DNA of 64,000 nt from assembly GCA_002104905.1 (NCBI GenBank), contig MCFE01000510.1, positions 844 through 64,843 on the forward strand. Reading direction: 5' to 3'. This DNA comes from Basidiobolus meristosporus CBS 931.73. Taxonomy: Eukaryota; Fungi; Basidiobolomycota. The position numbers and the translations under genes are program-made. Each line of letters begins with the position of its first letter. Positions within the stretch are counted from its first letter, which is position 1. Shown here in pieces: positions 37,607 to 51,090 of the stretch. Below the pieces are notes generated by a model. It did not search any database. It worked only from the letters and a program-made list of their open reading frames with translations, and was not told where the DNA came from.

Positions 37607-38587
37607 CTCTAGAAGCTTTCTGCGCCTGATGGGTTGTACTAGGAAATCGATATGGGCCAGGAAAGGTTCAACCACCGCTTCACGCCGGTACCGCCCACGA
37701 AACCCATGCTTATATAGATGATTGTGATTTGCATGACAGCCACACCGAGGTGAATATTTCTAATGCAACGTGTCAGAAAGAGACATTTCTCTTCCCACCA
37801 GCTTGACGTGATCGCACCACGTACCCATCCCAGGAATCCACTCCATTGGTAACCGACAACCCACCACCCATCGATTTGCACAGATTCCAGACATTGTTTC
37901 AACGTCGATTCTTGCCCAGAATACAGACGCTAGGAAATTACTTCGAACGACCGGTGCTGGCTCTGATTGAGTGGATTTTTGTTTGAGAATGATTGAACAA
38001 TGTAAAAACACGTACAGAACAAACGAAAGGGAGGGAACAGTAGTGAAGAAAAGGGAACTGCCGAGTGGGTGGGGCGAGTCTGGGGACAGGCGAGAAACGA
38101 TACATCCGTGAAGGCGTTCCCGTTTGATAGGGACTGCTGGTTGAGTGGCAAGTGATTGGGCTGTCGGTTGCTCGGTTATGAAAGCTATTTAAGGGGATGT
38201 TGAACAACGCAAACGACCGAACCAATAGAGGCGCAAGCAAGAGTTGTAGTGAAGAAGGATAAGAATAATGGTTCGATTAAGGTAAGTGTGTGAGACGAAT
38301 ACATTCTGGTGAAGGCCTCGATGTCAAGAGTATCTTGGATCTTGGCAGCCAGGACCAGTGGAAACAACTTGAATTACACTGCAAGATAGAATCTTAAATG
38401 AAGTGGCAAGTACAGGTTACAGAAATCGTGGTGAACTTGGGTGAAAAGGGGGATGGATGGAAGGAAGGGGAACGAGAGACTTGGTCTGGGATGCTTTTCG
38501 CAGTGAGGATATGAATGGCGGAATCTCGACGAGTCACTCAGCTGAGTAACGAACAGCCAAGTCATAACTGCTGCACAACACCCCGCA

Positions 38588-40817
38588 TCACTCCTTGTCT
38601 AGATCCTCTTTGACCTGCATTTTCTCTATTCCTTCAGCAACCTGGTCAGTGGAGGCTTTGTCGTCGGTATGGAATCCAGCTACTTCATGTATTCCGTTCC
38701 CAGCCCCCTCGTACATGTTGGACCGAACAGGGTAGTATCCCATGCGTGGTTGGAACCCTTGCATGTATTGAGGATGCTGTCCATACTGAGGAAGCATCAT
38801 GGGTCCCCCTTGCGGATACCTCTCCATCCCATTCTCGTGGTAGTATCCTGCCATGACGGGGACTGGCTGCTGAGGAAGTTGAGCAACATCCAGCCCTGAG
38901 CTGGATGAGTCCGTAGCCAAAAGATGTTCAGGCGTCAGAGGCGACGGGGGGCCGTTCTAACAATGCCCAGCAGATTAGCTACTGGTGAAGGTGTGTAGTC
39001 AGGTGGCGAATGAACATTACCATTCCCGAGAATTCCCCACGAGCCCACACTCGCTTCTTGGTGGTTTGCCCTTTGAGCTTCTTCTGAGCCATAGAGTCAG
39101 CAAAACGAACCTGTAATGGAAGGTGAGAGCCTGGGAGCACAACGCCGTTGAATTTTTGAATGATCGACAAGGCCGAGTCGCGATCGGACATTCTATCCCG
39201 CCATAGCAGCCAATTAGCAACCATCCAATCAAGTAAGACGCAGTTTGGAGCATAGCATTAGATCGGCCAAGCGGCCTTGCTACTACTCTTACCTGGCAAA
39301 TCCGACCCCACGGCTTACACCGCTCTGGTCACGCAGAATACGATTCGACACAATCTCATATGGGTGGAAAAGCTCCTCCAATTGCTGCCAAGAACCGACC
39401 CCAGTGGTTAGAAAGCAAGCTATGGCTAGTGAAAGGGGTGGCACCTACCGATTCAGACATGTCCAGTGGTAGATTCGACATGTATATGTTTGTCGAGTGG
39501 GCGTCTTGTAGATTCTTGAGACGTGCGCTGAACGACTCCTGCGGGGGACCGGTAATGCAATGGTTAGCTCATCCGCTCAACGCATTATGGTCTTTCCGGA
39601 TCTCAAGAACCGGGTGCGAGAAGGACAAAAAAGCAGCATAGGGTTTGCTGGAGATGTACGGGATATTACCTTCGCAAATGAGACCTGATAACCCTTGCTA
39701 TTTAGGTCATCGATCGCAGCCTGCGATTGCTCCAGATTTTCATACATGACGAAGCCATACCCTTTGCAGGTGCCGGTTTTCTGGTCAATGATGGCCTTGG
39801 AAGATACAATGTTGCCGTAGCTAGAGTGCGGGTGAAGGAATGGGGTGATTAGCTGCTTCTGGGGGTGATACGGGATGGCATTGCTCTGTAGTCAAGAGCC
39901 CAAAGGGTTAAATACCTCATACACATATGATACAGAGTTTCATCGGTGGTATTTTGGGTCAACCCTTTGATGTATATGTTGGTTGTCTTGGTGGAAGAAT
40001 GAACCGAACCGTATTGCGAGCCGAAACGCTTCCCTTGAGAACTGTGTCTGGAAGGACGACCTGCACTTCCCAAAGTAGGGGACAGGGGCTGCATAAGTGG
40101 AGAGCTGGATGTAGAGGAAACGGTGGAAAGAGTCGGCGACAGGTGCGTTGGGTGTGGTGCTGGATAAGCAGCCCCGGTGGGATAGTAATAGTAGGCAGCG
40201 GGATGGGCCATGGGGACACCGCCTGGTCTAGGTATGAACATGGCAGGTGAGCTGGGTGCATAATACATTGGCATTTGTTGGGGGGAATAAGGTGGTGATT
40301 GCTGAGGCATTGCATTGGGCACTGGGTAGCCAGCCGGCATCATTGGGTACTCAGCGTAATATTGTTGCATTGGATATTGCAAATGCATCTGATACTGTAG
40401 AAATGGGCTAGATGGGTAGGAGCCTGATTGATCTTCGGAATCGTATTCGCCCGCTGGATAGCCCATTTCTGCCAAATTCCTGTCGCCCTCGTAATGTGTG
40501 GTGGAAGAGACATCGGGGCCGTTTTCTTCAGCGGCTTGCTCGCCGTTTCGCTCGATGTCGTTTCCCAGATGCTCGGGCGAACAAGCACTCGCCTCCAATG
40601 GCTCGGTTGCCTTAGTATGGCGCTCGCCGGCGTTGGCGTCTGGGTTGCTCTTTATTACGGAGGAGCTCATGCGTGCAGTATCGCAAGGTGAAGATAAGGT
40701 ACTGGGCGGAGCACTGGATTGGAAAATGATGTCGCTTTCTTCGATATAGTTCTTCTGACTACGAATACAATTATTGCTGCTGATTGGAATCGACACCTGA
40801 GTCTGATATGTAGTCAT
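38588..40817 (-). CDS. Double-RRM RNA-binding protein, RBMS/MSSP-like
   Basis: Spliced RRM1: TNIYIKGL..TTDETL..YGNIVSSKAIIDQKTGTCKGYGFV. RRM2: TNIYMSNLP..IVSNRILRD..GVSRGVGFAR..LPLQVRFAD. Y/P/M/Q-rich low-complexity flanks. The first in-frame ATG is at 40817, with an alternative at 40670. Confidence 0.9.
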
Positions 40818-43800
40818 GAATTGAAGAAAAGCGGGGTCTATGGTGAGGTTTTCAAAATAACTTGGACAACCCGAATCGCACCAAACGTGGTTGTAATGTC
40901 CGTGGAAGTAATACAAGTCAAAGGTACGGCCTCAAGAAATTGAGAAGCGTAAATATCTCAAGCGAAGCCGGAGCTAAAACTGAGGAAAAGTGCAGTAAAC
41001 AAGGGTGAAAGGTCGCTTATAAGACAGATTGTATATATGATACAAGAAGTGCTGGCCGTAAACAACAACTAAGGTAGGCCTGACGAGAAGGAGGTATATC
41101 AAGAAAGCGCGGACCTTGAAGTCTCAGTCCCAAGAAGGATATTTGGGATGAGCTAGCTTGACAAAACCAAATAGCAAAGGAAAGCTGCACCAAAGGTGGC
41201 CCAACAAAAAACGTAGTACAACTCAAAGTACCTAGATTTTTTAGATAAGTGAGTAAGGTCACTTTCATGGGGATAATTAGGGGAGGGGTAGGTTGGGTTT
41301 TATTAGAACAGTCCATCTCGGGTTAGATTTGGAGTACTTAGGCTTGCTGATATTGGATGAGTGCTCTACTTGCGGTTAGTTTTGCACACTACCGCGGTAC
41401 TTTACCACCGCAACCAATGACGCAGCAAGCTCAGAGATTGGGACAATGGCTGTGTTTAGGGTGTATCTCCTCTGATACCTTGGTCATCAATTATCGGGAA
41501 GCCTTGGGCGTAAAGGAGGTAAATGACCACAGTAGGTGTACTCCCTGCATAGATCATAGGAAATGGGCTGGGAGCGGGTAATTACCAGCGGCCTCTCTCA
41601 ATCGGTTGACGTAATGCCACGATCCTTCCAAGTATCCACCCTTTTCATCGATTACCAAGTGGCCATGTTACATCCGAAAATGATCAAATATAGTCGAGGA
41701 TCAATAACAATAAGCACCATTCTGAATATCCTCGAATGTTCACATTGCACTAGATTTGCGAAGTTGCATACCGAATTTCCCATATCCCGGGCTCAACAAG
41801 GCAATCAACCTCACATAATGGGCTGGCTCCTTGTACAGGCGTCGAGACCGTGACGGAGATTGACGAGTGATACTAAGGCTGCGAGCACCTAAACAGCGCG
41901 AGTTCATTGGCCCTGGCCAGAGTCAGTTCATCAGCGTCAAGTCATCCCAAGATCAGTTCAGAAATCACATATGAGCCGAAACTTGCAACCTTGTAGACCG
42001 CCAGTGTCCGGTGTGAGACTTCTGGATAAGTATCGGATCTAGCAGATGCCGATAATTCGCAAGCTTAGAGCCAGCGGATCTCTCAATGGCAGTGGGGTCG
42101 TGTTTCAGGAGTGCGGTGGAACCCAGAGGATGGAGCGTGGATAAATCAACCACATGTAAGCCACAGTTCGCTGCATTCAGGAAACCGCTTGGAGGGCCGT
42201 CGCTCGGAGAAGCACGATCATATGAAAGTGCGATGAGGCGGGCCAACATGAAATCCCATGGCTGTGTTCTGTATCTTGCCATGCATGTTTCTCTGCCACC
42301 CGCCTCTCCCTTGGATCTTGCTTGAGGTCAACCTACGAAGTTGGAGTCTCTGGAATCGTGGTAACGACAACTCATTCCTCCATTACTGGATTCGGACAAG
42401 AGGGGACAGGTAGCATTGCGATTCCACTACCAGCATTACACAACGAACTTAATCTGAGGCCATCCGTCTCCAATCATTAAACTACCAACCTTATTAATGA
42501 GTCACCAGCCATCAACACTGTTTCTTGGTGCCTCATCAGCACCCAATCTGCAAGATCAGGTTACCCGGAAGGTAGGAATGATTTGAAATGGGATTAGGGC
42601 ATGCTGATGATAGATAATGGAATCTAGAACATGAGCCAATCGCTGGATACCAGGACTCATGCATATCCAACTCTATAGGAAAAAAGGTTGCAATGCAATC
42701 ACAAGCCTCCTTGATCTTATCTCCTTGCCACCCAATCTATAGATCTTGGATGCTACCAGACACTACCTCAGGTATATAGATTCTTCTTTGCCATGGATCA
42801 TACACATAAGAGGGCACTCTGCTATCTCTCGCATCATTCCGGAACCAGCCTACGCACAACTCCCTCCTGACCTCCTACTGGTCAACCAAAGGGCCGCATA
42901 ATACTGGCTATCTGGATGCTCTTGGGGATGCCAAGGTCGCAAGAAGTCTTTGCCCGCCATGCGTCTACGAGCTTAAAGCGTACACTTGGGGCCGATGGAC
43001 TTTTCCACGCACAAGAACCCCTTATTTATCCCTGCAATAAATGTCTTCCGAATTATGTGCCGATTTCGTTAAGCTGGGTGTTGGTTATCATTATCAACGC
43101 AAGGGCAACCTCAATTTTGTATCAAGCCACACGAACTAGCGTATCAAATTGAATCGATGGTTAGCCACCATATTTATGGAATCATCACTAACAAAACGAG
43201 CAATCCTCTTGACCGTGGAAATTCTGTACACGGCTCATCTATGTGGTCCACGTAAAACCCACCGTGACAAGTCAGATTTATGGGATTTTTGGAAAATCTC
43301 GATGATAATTTCCTTATTAGTAGAAGCTAACTCCAAATTCGACCATTTCAAACGGTATATTGGCCCTCAGGTCAGGTGACGCACTGTGCTAGCGATTACA
43401 TTAACTAGCCCCCTCCTCAGACCAGAGATTTAAGTTAGACACGTAATTAATTGAAAAAGCATGAATGAGATCCAAGACTTTCTTGGATTCTGGAATATAG
43501 CCTTCTACTACAGAACATGCAAAGTGAATAGGCCATGGAGTAAGTTAGCCATGTAAGCTGGAGTGTGGGTAAGGAGTCTTCTGGTACATAGATTTTCAAG
43601 ATACACCTGGACACTGAAGTAGTATGTTAGAATCCTGCCCTATTAGTAGATAGAGAACACATCAACCCTCATTCTTCTCACTATTTGAATAGTGTGATGG
43701 ACTGCAAAACATCCATGTTGTGACTTTATACTCTTATAAAAGTCAACTTCAACTGAGTCTTTATCCAAGTACCTATAACATTACCACCGGGCCACCTTAA

Positions 43801-45444
43801 CCCCTCAAATATATACAACTCCAACGACGAATCCACACTTACTTTTCCCGTCAGAACACAATCTATGTGCAAATATAGCATTAGGCAGAAAAACCGCCCA
43901 GTTCTACTTGCCAATGTGCTGACCAGTACTCTAGTGATAGCTAGTATAGCAACATGATTTGTTGAGCAAAATTGCATTTCTGACGCCTTCACTCATTGAT
44001 ATTTCATATGGAATACCATATTTGGCTATATGGATTTGGTCATTGGAAATAAGTGCCAAATTAGGAGACCACCGCTCACACCGCTGCATACCAGTTTCAA
44101 GCATTTTGCTTGTGGTACAAACCATGTCGTGAATCAAAGAGTTGATTCTATTACACGATTCTTGATACTAGTAATAGAAACATACTGCATGACCTGTAAG
44201 AATGTAAGAGCACTAGGAAGAAAGCCTCGAAATAGGCGTAATTGAATGGTGGTGCTTCGAACTACGGATTCCCCTGGATTGCGAAACCAAGTTCTCTTTA
44301 GTAGTCGAACATGGTGCCGTAACGTGCAATACAATATAAAACACCATTGGTAGCAATGGGGGGGGTGTCTCAATGTCAAAACCCATTTGGGGAGGGAAGC
44401 ACTGGAAGATGAATACTGATCTAAACCTTTGAATGACTAAGTGATGGACCATCGGAGGGCCCATTATTCGTCTTAGTAATGATTATTAGAGTCATCAATC
44501 ACCACAGTTTAGCAAAACCGGGTCAGACACGGTAACAACTGCTTAAAACTGGCTTGGAAATGCTGCCACGTTCAGCTATCAGTATGCGTTGATATTGGGC
44601 ACTCACTCTAAATGTCTATTAGATCCTTAAACATCCTTAACAGTCAGCTGGCTAGGTCCGGTTTGCACGAAATCCTATCCCGATGGGAATATTTTGCCAG
44701 GTTTCACAGTAATTATTGTGTCTTCCCTTTTCATCCATTGTATCCTTGGTGGCCGCTTTTCTAGAGGCTTTTGGATGGAGGCCGGTCTGAATGTATTGCA
44801 TTGTGGGTCTCACCTGATTGGGGAGGGGTTGGTAACACCTCCAACCATTAGGGATGGGCGAGCCGCAATCTACGCTTTGCTGGTTCCCTCTCCAAACCAA
44901 AAGCGCCTCTATGAATGTCAAGCTATGTTGGCGAAAGCGAAGCTGGGCCTAGCATCGATGAAGTAGGTCCCCAATCGAGTCATTATAATGTCTAAATCTT
45001 ATTCGAATAAACCGGAAATTAGATGGGATTCGGTTTCAAGGTGGGCAAATAGCAAATATTAAGGATTGTTAGTAGCAGTGAATCGGTTTCACTCTACTAG
45101 GAAATAAGAAGATTATAGCACAATACTTTTCTGTCATTCTATCCCATTCCATTGGTCGGCAAGTGTATGGCAATACCCGTTAGTAGCCCGACTGACAATC
45201 AACCAATTGGCAGGGTCGTCGAAATTATCACTGTTCATGATCCGAAGAAGAGGAGACCAATTCAAGTCTTGTAAGACAGTTGTACTTTGCACATTCGACT
45301 GAATCAAATTGAACGTTCACTTTGAGGTGGATTTGACTCACCTCAACCAGTGTACAACTTCTGTGAGTTGGTGGCATCTCACCATATATGGCATCCATCC
45401 AGTAATTTTGCTGATTTCTCCTCTGCGACTTCCTAGGTCACCAT

Positions 45445-45451
45445 TATATAA
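45445..45451 (+). promoter_or_regulatory. Candidate TATA box
   Basis: TATATAA about 110 bp upstream of the ATG at 45559. Confidence 0.45.
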
Positions 45452-45558
45452 GCTGGCATTAGGACCCACCTAGTCCTTGCACTAGTTGTTACATTCGCTT
45501 TGTATATTCACTTGTAATTAGTCAAAAACCCTCAACTTAAACCATTTCCTCTGCAGCT

Positions 45559-45738
45559 ATGTTCTCTCCTCGCTTCAACATTTTCCTGTTGGCCTCTCTC
45601 ATCCTCGCCTTGGTCTTCCTTACAACAAATACCAGCGCCGCTCCCGTACCAGTTTATGCAACTGGATTTTCCCGTGAGCAATGGAATGCACTAATTCGTC
45701 GGGAGTTTGATTGGACTTTTGAGGATATTTTATTTTAA
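45559..45738 (+). CDS. 59-aa secreted prepro-peptide
   Basis: MFSPRFNIFLLASLILALVFLTTNTSA-APVPVYATGFSREQWNALI-RR-EFDWTFEDILF*: hydrophobic signal peptide, X-P dipeptides and a dibasic site. It falls just below the ORF-track length cutoff. Confidence 0.7.
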   Translation: MFSPRFNIFLLASLILALVFLTTNTSAAPVPVYATGFSREQWNALIRREFDWTFEDILF

Positions 45739-47985
45739 CACTCTGGATCCTTGGTGATTGTGTTCCGCAAATGGTTCTCATTTATATCCTATTCCCTGGA
45801 GGCACCGTTAGATTCCAACTTACTACACACCTATGCTACTGATATACAAAGAAAGAAGCTTCATCCTTGAGTTGCCGTGGAGAACACCAGTAAATATTCA
45901 AAACATGGTAGACCGCCGAACGTACCATCGAATGGGAAATTCTCAGGCCACCGACATTTTCTTCGAAATACTTTCCGTTTCCCAAACCTTCCGTAAATAC
46001 TTTGTGAATGTTTCTCTACCCCCTCCCCTTTGCACATATTCCCTTTCTAACGGCAAACCATGATTGGACAACTTCTTTCTTGCTATTTCATATCCATAAA
46101 ATATCTTCCTAACCTGGTACTACCATATTGATTATCATTGGCCTGGTTTTGATACTTGAATACCTCTCGTCTGGAGCATTTGTATTCATCCCAGTTCCCA
46201 CAGATTTCCAAGTAAAGTGTAATTAACCCATCCTTCGGAGCGATTTAAGCGCATGTGGATATCCACACACATGTGGAGACGGAAGGCGCAGGAAGTAGGA
46301 GCAGGCTCCGTAAGCTGTTTCCTAAACCTTGAACGATTGCTTCAAAGCGACCGAACTGAAGCTTGGTGTTGGCGGATACACCTCTGGCGATGTGGCTAAA
46401 TTGACGATGTACTCCGTACAGTTTTGTTTCAAATATTGGGAAAGCCTGACTTGATTTTCCGGTCTCCAGTTTCCAAGAACCGTGGATTTAGCTTAATTAG
46501 ATCATCCTACTGGCTGGCCAGCGGCAATATGAAACACTGCTGTGCTCTTCCTGAGTCAATGTTACCACGGAGTCTGCCTGGATGGAGTTTATTCGGTGAG
46601 CATTGCCAAGGAGTTGCAGTTGGTAAATTAGTTCAGAACCCGTCTTGGTTGGGAGAGAGACATAGGGCCTGTGCACTGAATGAGAAGAGATACCCATTCA
46701 CATCCGCTACGGCAAGGAGCAGTGGGAATTGATTGAACAGATGCCAGCCATCCCACGTGATTCATCTGCAGCATCGACCTACCCTAGCGTTGAGTACCAG
46801 CCCGAACCAAGAAACGATCAACTGTAGGATCAAATGGACTCGCCGAATATGGGTTCTAGATGCAGGCCATATCGAAGTGAAATCCTTAAACGCCAATTCA
46901 TAGAGCAGATCGAAGCATGTTTAAGGAGCTCACGCCAAAATAAGCTAGCACAAGTTCCGTTCGGAAGTGAAGTAATCAACAGACTGAAGCGCCAAAAGAT
47001 ATCATTGGGCAGCCTCATTACAAATACCACTCATGTTTACATACAGATCACAAGTTGGCCACATACCACAACAGGGACGTTTCGTAAGGGCATTCAGGTT
47101 TCGATGTCCTTTCAAGTTTCCACCGATTATCACAGCCTATTTTGGGGCCATCCTCCAGGTCGCTCAGTGGTCGAAATCAGCTCCATTCCGTTCCCTATTA
47201 TATCACCTGTTCCCGACAGATCCTTTGTTTTGTTGTGCACCTCCACCACTCAAACATTCAGGTTTTTAATATCGTCTCTTGCCTATATTTGTGTGCAGAA
47301 TCCCTTCTTAGCTAGTATCTCTGCTTCATGTGCCATGTTACACAACCCAAAGCTGTGTCTGCACAATCCCCTCCCCCCAAGTTCCAAGTGATTTCAGACC
47401 ACTAGATGTAAAACCCACAATCATGTCACTCACCACCCGGTTTTCACCATCAGATTCATTTCAAACATTATATTAACATGTGAATAGCATTCCTTTTCCT
47501 CAAGCCATTACACTGCCAGCACCTCAATACTATTCTAGAGACTTTCAATCAACAAAAATGGCAGGATCGCTGGTACTTCGAGTGGCACCCAAATCCCAAC
47601 CCCACAGAAAAGACATCCGTGCATCTGTGGCTGCCTTCATAAACGGCTGACGTAAAGATGTGTAGGTTGGGAAGTATTCACACATGCATGTGATGATCAG
47701 TGGCTGCTACATCGCCTTGGGATGTGGTTACTGAAAAGGAACTTGCATTTAGCATTACAATTGATAATATTGATGCCGTATTAGGTAAAGAGGGATGGAG
47801 CATTAGTTGGAATTTTGATTTTCATATTGCTGCTTTGGCTATCTCTATACCTACGTATACTTTACCATCAGTGGTGCAGTTGGTTGGGGTGATCTGTAGC
47901 GATGGTCCAGACATTGGAGTATATCGGGTCTTCGCATGATACTGATTGTACTTGCAATAGATTGTGAAAATAGTTCCAGCCATAT

Positions 47986-48003
47986 TATATATATATATAT
48001 ATA
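47986..48003. repeat. (TA)9 microsatellite
   Basis: Read directly from the sequence. Confidence 0.9.
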
Positions 48004-48849
48004 CAGCACACCCATCGTTTGCGCATTGCTTCTAAAATCCTCACCAAGTATCCATAATTGAAGGCAGTCTGCATGGTTAACCCAATACTGACAATTCTCA
48101 ATCATCTCAGCATTAAATCTTCCTGATATTTACTCACCAACATGGGCAAAGTATTCAACATATTGGCCTCCGAATGCCAGCCAGGGTCATTGGATAAGCA
48201 CGTTGTAAACAATAGTCGGGGATTCTCAGAAATTCCTGATGGTCACACTCTGGACCATTTATATCAATGGATCGCAAGCTCCCGATTCCAGTCACGTTTG
48301 GCCCAATTCTAGCTAAAGCTACTTACAGAACATCCGAGCGCTCTATCCTCAACTGTTGACCTAAAGACATTAACTTTCACTGATGTTATGCCTTTTTTTG
48401 CTAGAGCATCAGTGCCTAAAGGTGGAGAGTAAAAGATAATCTCTAGTATTTAGTCTGTGTATTTAATACCTGCTGAAGGATGCGTATCATCTAACCATTC
48501 TCACAGTAAAGAAGGCTGCTCCTACCGGTAAAGATATAATCGGATCGGGGGCTCTTCAATATGCTGATGGAAAACTGCTTTGTATAAATGAGGCGTTTCT
48601 TATTGCTGTCGTCTAGAATAGTAATGGTACTATGATCTTTTGAATTGATGCAATAATATCCTACATATTCAATAAATCATTGAGCTAAGACCATATATTC
48701 TGCTTGTGCTCTCAAACACTTCCAACATCTCCAAAACTCCAATGGCATGAATAACTATAATGGACCTACAATTCAAGAGCTATAGGTTTATTAATTTTGC
48801 CATTACTTGAAGGTGCACACTTAAAAACCCATTTGCCCTACTACCTTAC

Positions 48850-49189
48850 TGTTGTAAGATCCTAAGGAGAACTAGAAATAAATTGGAGAACTATTAGAAC
48901 TCTACAATATTTACTTGTAGTTCTATTGAACTCAAATAAGTGCTTACACCTGTAAGGAAGTCTAGCAAAGCTAGTGATATAGATGGCTCAAGTAAGGTTC
49001 CAGGAAGCTAAGAACACAACTTAGGGGCTTTTGAATAAGTCTGAAAATACTGGTAACTTCTAGTCCTTTGTTGATTTTAAGAACTAGCTTACAAACTAAA
49101 TCTCAAGCATACAACTTATCAGTGAGCACAAAAGCTGAGTATAGTCTTTAGGTGAATGAATGGCTTAGGTATAAGCTAATTTTTCAACA
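48850..49189. mobile_element. Probable solo LTR of another family (340 bp)
   Basis: TGTTG...CAACA termini, AT-rich and CpG-free. The TSD is weak (CTTAC/TGTAC). Confidence 0.45.
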
Positions 49190-50517
49190 TGTACTTATCT
49201 AATGGATTTAACTTTATCAAAAAGCAAGAGAATATTGGTATAGTGCTGGCAGAGTTTTGGGGATCTCAGCAGTGGTTGGGGGTGCATGCAGGCAATGCAG
49301 CCATCCATAGACAGAAGTACCCAGACTATTACCCTAAGACAATCCAAGTATATTCAAGATATACTAAAGAAGTACAAAATGGAAGACTGTAAACCAGCAG
49401 CTACCCCAATGGAGACAAACCTTAACTTGGTCAAAACTCAACCAAATCAAGAGAGCTTGGTATCATCTGAAAGCCCTGACTTTCCTTATCAATCTATGAT
49501 TGGCAGTCTGATGTATATCATGCTTGGAACACGTCCAGATATCTCATATTCAGTGGGAGTTGTCAGCTAACATAATCAGAACTATGGACCTGATCATATT
49601 GCAGCAGTTAAGCGGATTTTTAGATACCTAAAAGGAACTGCTGATATGTACTTAAGATACACCTATAAGCATTCAGAATGGATTTTGTGGGATACTCTGA
49701 TGCTAATTGGGGACAAAATTTGGAAGACAGAAGATCCACCACAGGTTACACCTTTCTTTACTGTAAAGGAGCAATTTCATGGAACTCAATAAAGCAACCA
49801 ACTGTAGCACTTTCTACCACAGAAGAAGAGTATATGGCAGCCTGTGAAGCTAAAAAAGAAGCAATGTGGGTAAGAAAGCTTTTTACAGACTTAGGCCTAT
49901 GCCAAAAAACGCCTATTACTTTATTTCAAGATAATCAAGGATGTATACAATTAGGTAGAAATCCAACTTTTCATGCTAGAACTACGCACATAGATTTTAG
50001 ACATCATTTCTTACAAAAAGCTATAGAGAATAACTTAGTGAGCTTAGTTTACTGTCCTTCAGATGAAATGATTGCAGACATATTTACCAAGCCATCAGCT
50101 AGAGACAAGTTTGAATATCTTAGATCAAAATTAGGACTAGTCAGTATGAGCATTTAGCCAGGTGGGAGTGTTGTAAAAGTCTGTAATTCCACCTAAATAC
50201 TCACCTAACTTAGTCACTTAGATCATTACCTTCAAATCCTAGAGAATACTGACCAAATTCCTTGTTGGGATTTACTTAGAATATTCTCACCAAAATACCA
50301 GGTACCCAGAACATGAGAATTCTCAAAGTTGTCCAAACAGCCCCAAACATTGCACACATGCTCTCAGGACCTTCCTTAATCTATTCTACATGTTTGCTAT
50401 GCCAAGACCATGTAAAAGTATAAATGCTACTTTTACATTTAATAAATCATTCAGTGAAAAACACATAATCTACTTGTCATCCCAATCACTTCCAATATCT
50501 CCAAGACTCTTGGAACA
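49190..50517 (+). mobile_element. Ty1/Copia 3' fragment: RT end, RNase H, PPT and 3' LTR (50169-50517)
   Basis: YQSMIGSLMYIMLGTRPDISYSVGVVS, GYSDANW, RRSTTGY, ISWNSIKQPTVALSTTEEEY, DNQGCI and MIADIFTKP. The LTR starts TGTTGTAAAA after GGTGGGAG. Confidence 0.93.
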
Positions 50518-50605
50518 ATATTCAGTCCCACAAGTAGAGCTGTATCTAGAAAGAGCCAGTCCAACAGTCCTCAGGAAGAAAAACAGCAAAAAGACCAGCA
50601 GAATA

Positions 50606-50922
50606 CTCTATGAAAAACCATTAAGAAAAGGCCAGCAGAATACCATGACAATATCAGCTTAATCCCAAGTCTCTCAACAACTGCAACTTGTAATATCACA
50701 TGTATTAGCTATTTGGCAGATATGCAGACATATTGTCTAAGTGAAGACTTGGTTAACTAGCATTTGAACCAGATTTGGTAATCAGATGCCACTTCCATCA
50801 GCAATTGTAACTTAAAATTTTAATGAGAAACACCAGCTTAATACCAGCAAAATACCATTATAATGCCAGCAGATTATGCAAAGAAGATCATATAAATTTT
50901 AAGTTTGAGATTTTTCAATGGG
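50606..50922 (-). mobile_element. Diverged copy of the CACTA MITE
   Basis: Colinear with the reverse complement of 22031-22348. Ends are CTCTATGAAAAA and TTTTTCAATGGG. Confidence 0.75.
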
Positions 50923-50934
50923 AGTATGCTTACT

Positions 50935-51090
50935 TGAAGCAATAATGCTCACTGATTGGGCTCTCAGTCATGTAGGTATCTGAGGATGTCTTCAAAACTA
51001 CATACCAGCCATTGTGTTCAGGCAGATAAGAATGTAACAAATGGACTATCTTTGGTAGAAGACCAGCAAATGTCTGTCATCAAACTACTA
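50935..51090 (+). mobile_element. Fragment of the CACTA accessory gene 5' region
   Basis: Aligns with ~18690-18830 (GGCTCTCAGTCA.GTAGGTA...CAGGCAGAT.AGAATGTAACAAA). Confidence 0.65.

Noticed and set aside
24242-40817. Functional cluster of mitosis/nuclear-envelope genes (kinesin-5, FAM72-like, Spo7-like, Pef1)
   Set aside because: No shared regulatory motif seen; the adjacency is compatible with ordinary gene order.
43440-43720. Possible Gypsy RT/RNase H relic (IQDFLGFW)
   Set aside because: Only one short motif matches, too degenerate to support a call.
41965-44966. Short ORFs (41965..42282, 42916..43379, 43726..44966)
   Set aside because: No recognisable motifs and no coherent splice models; overlapping ORFs on both strands suggest chance.
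46424-48700. ORFs 46424..46732, 46834..47391, 47700..48105
   Set aside because: Could not assign homology or build an in-frame spliced model.
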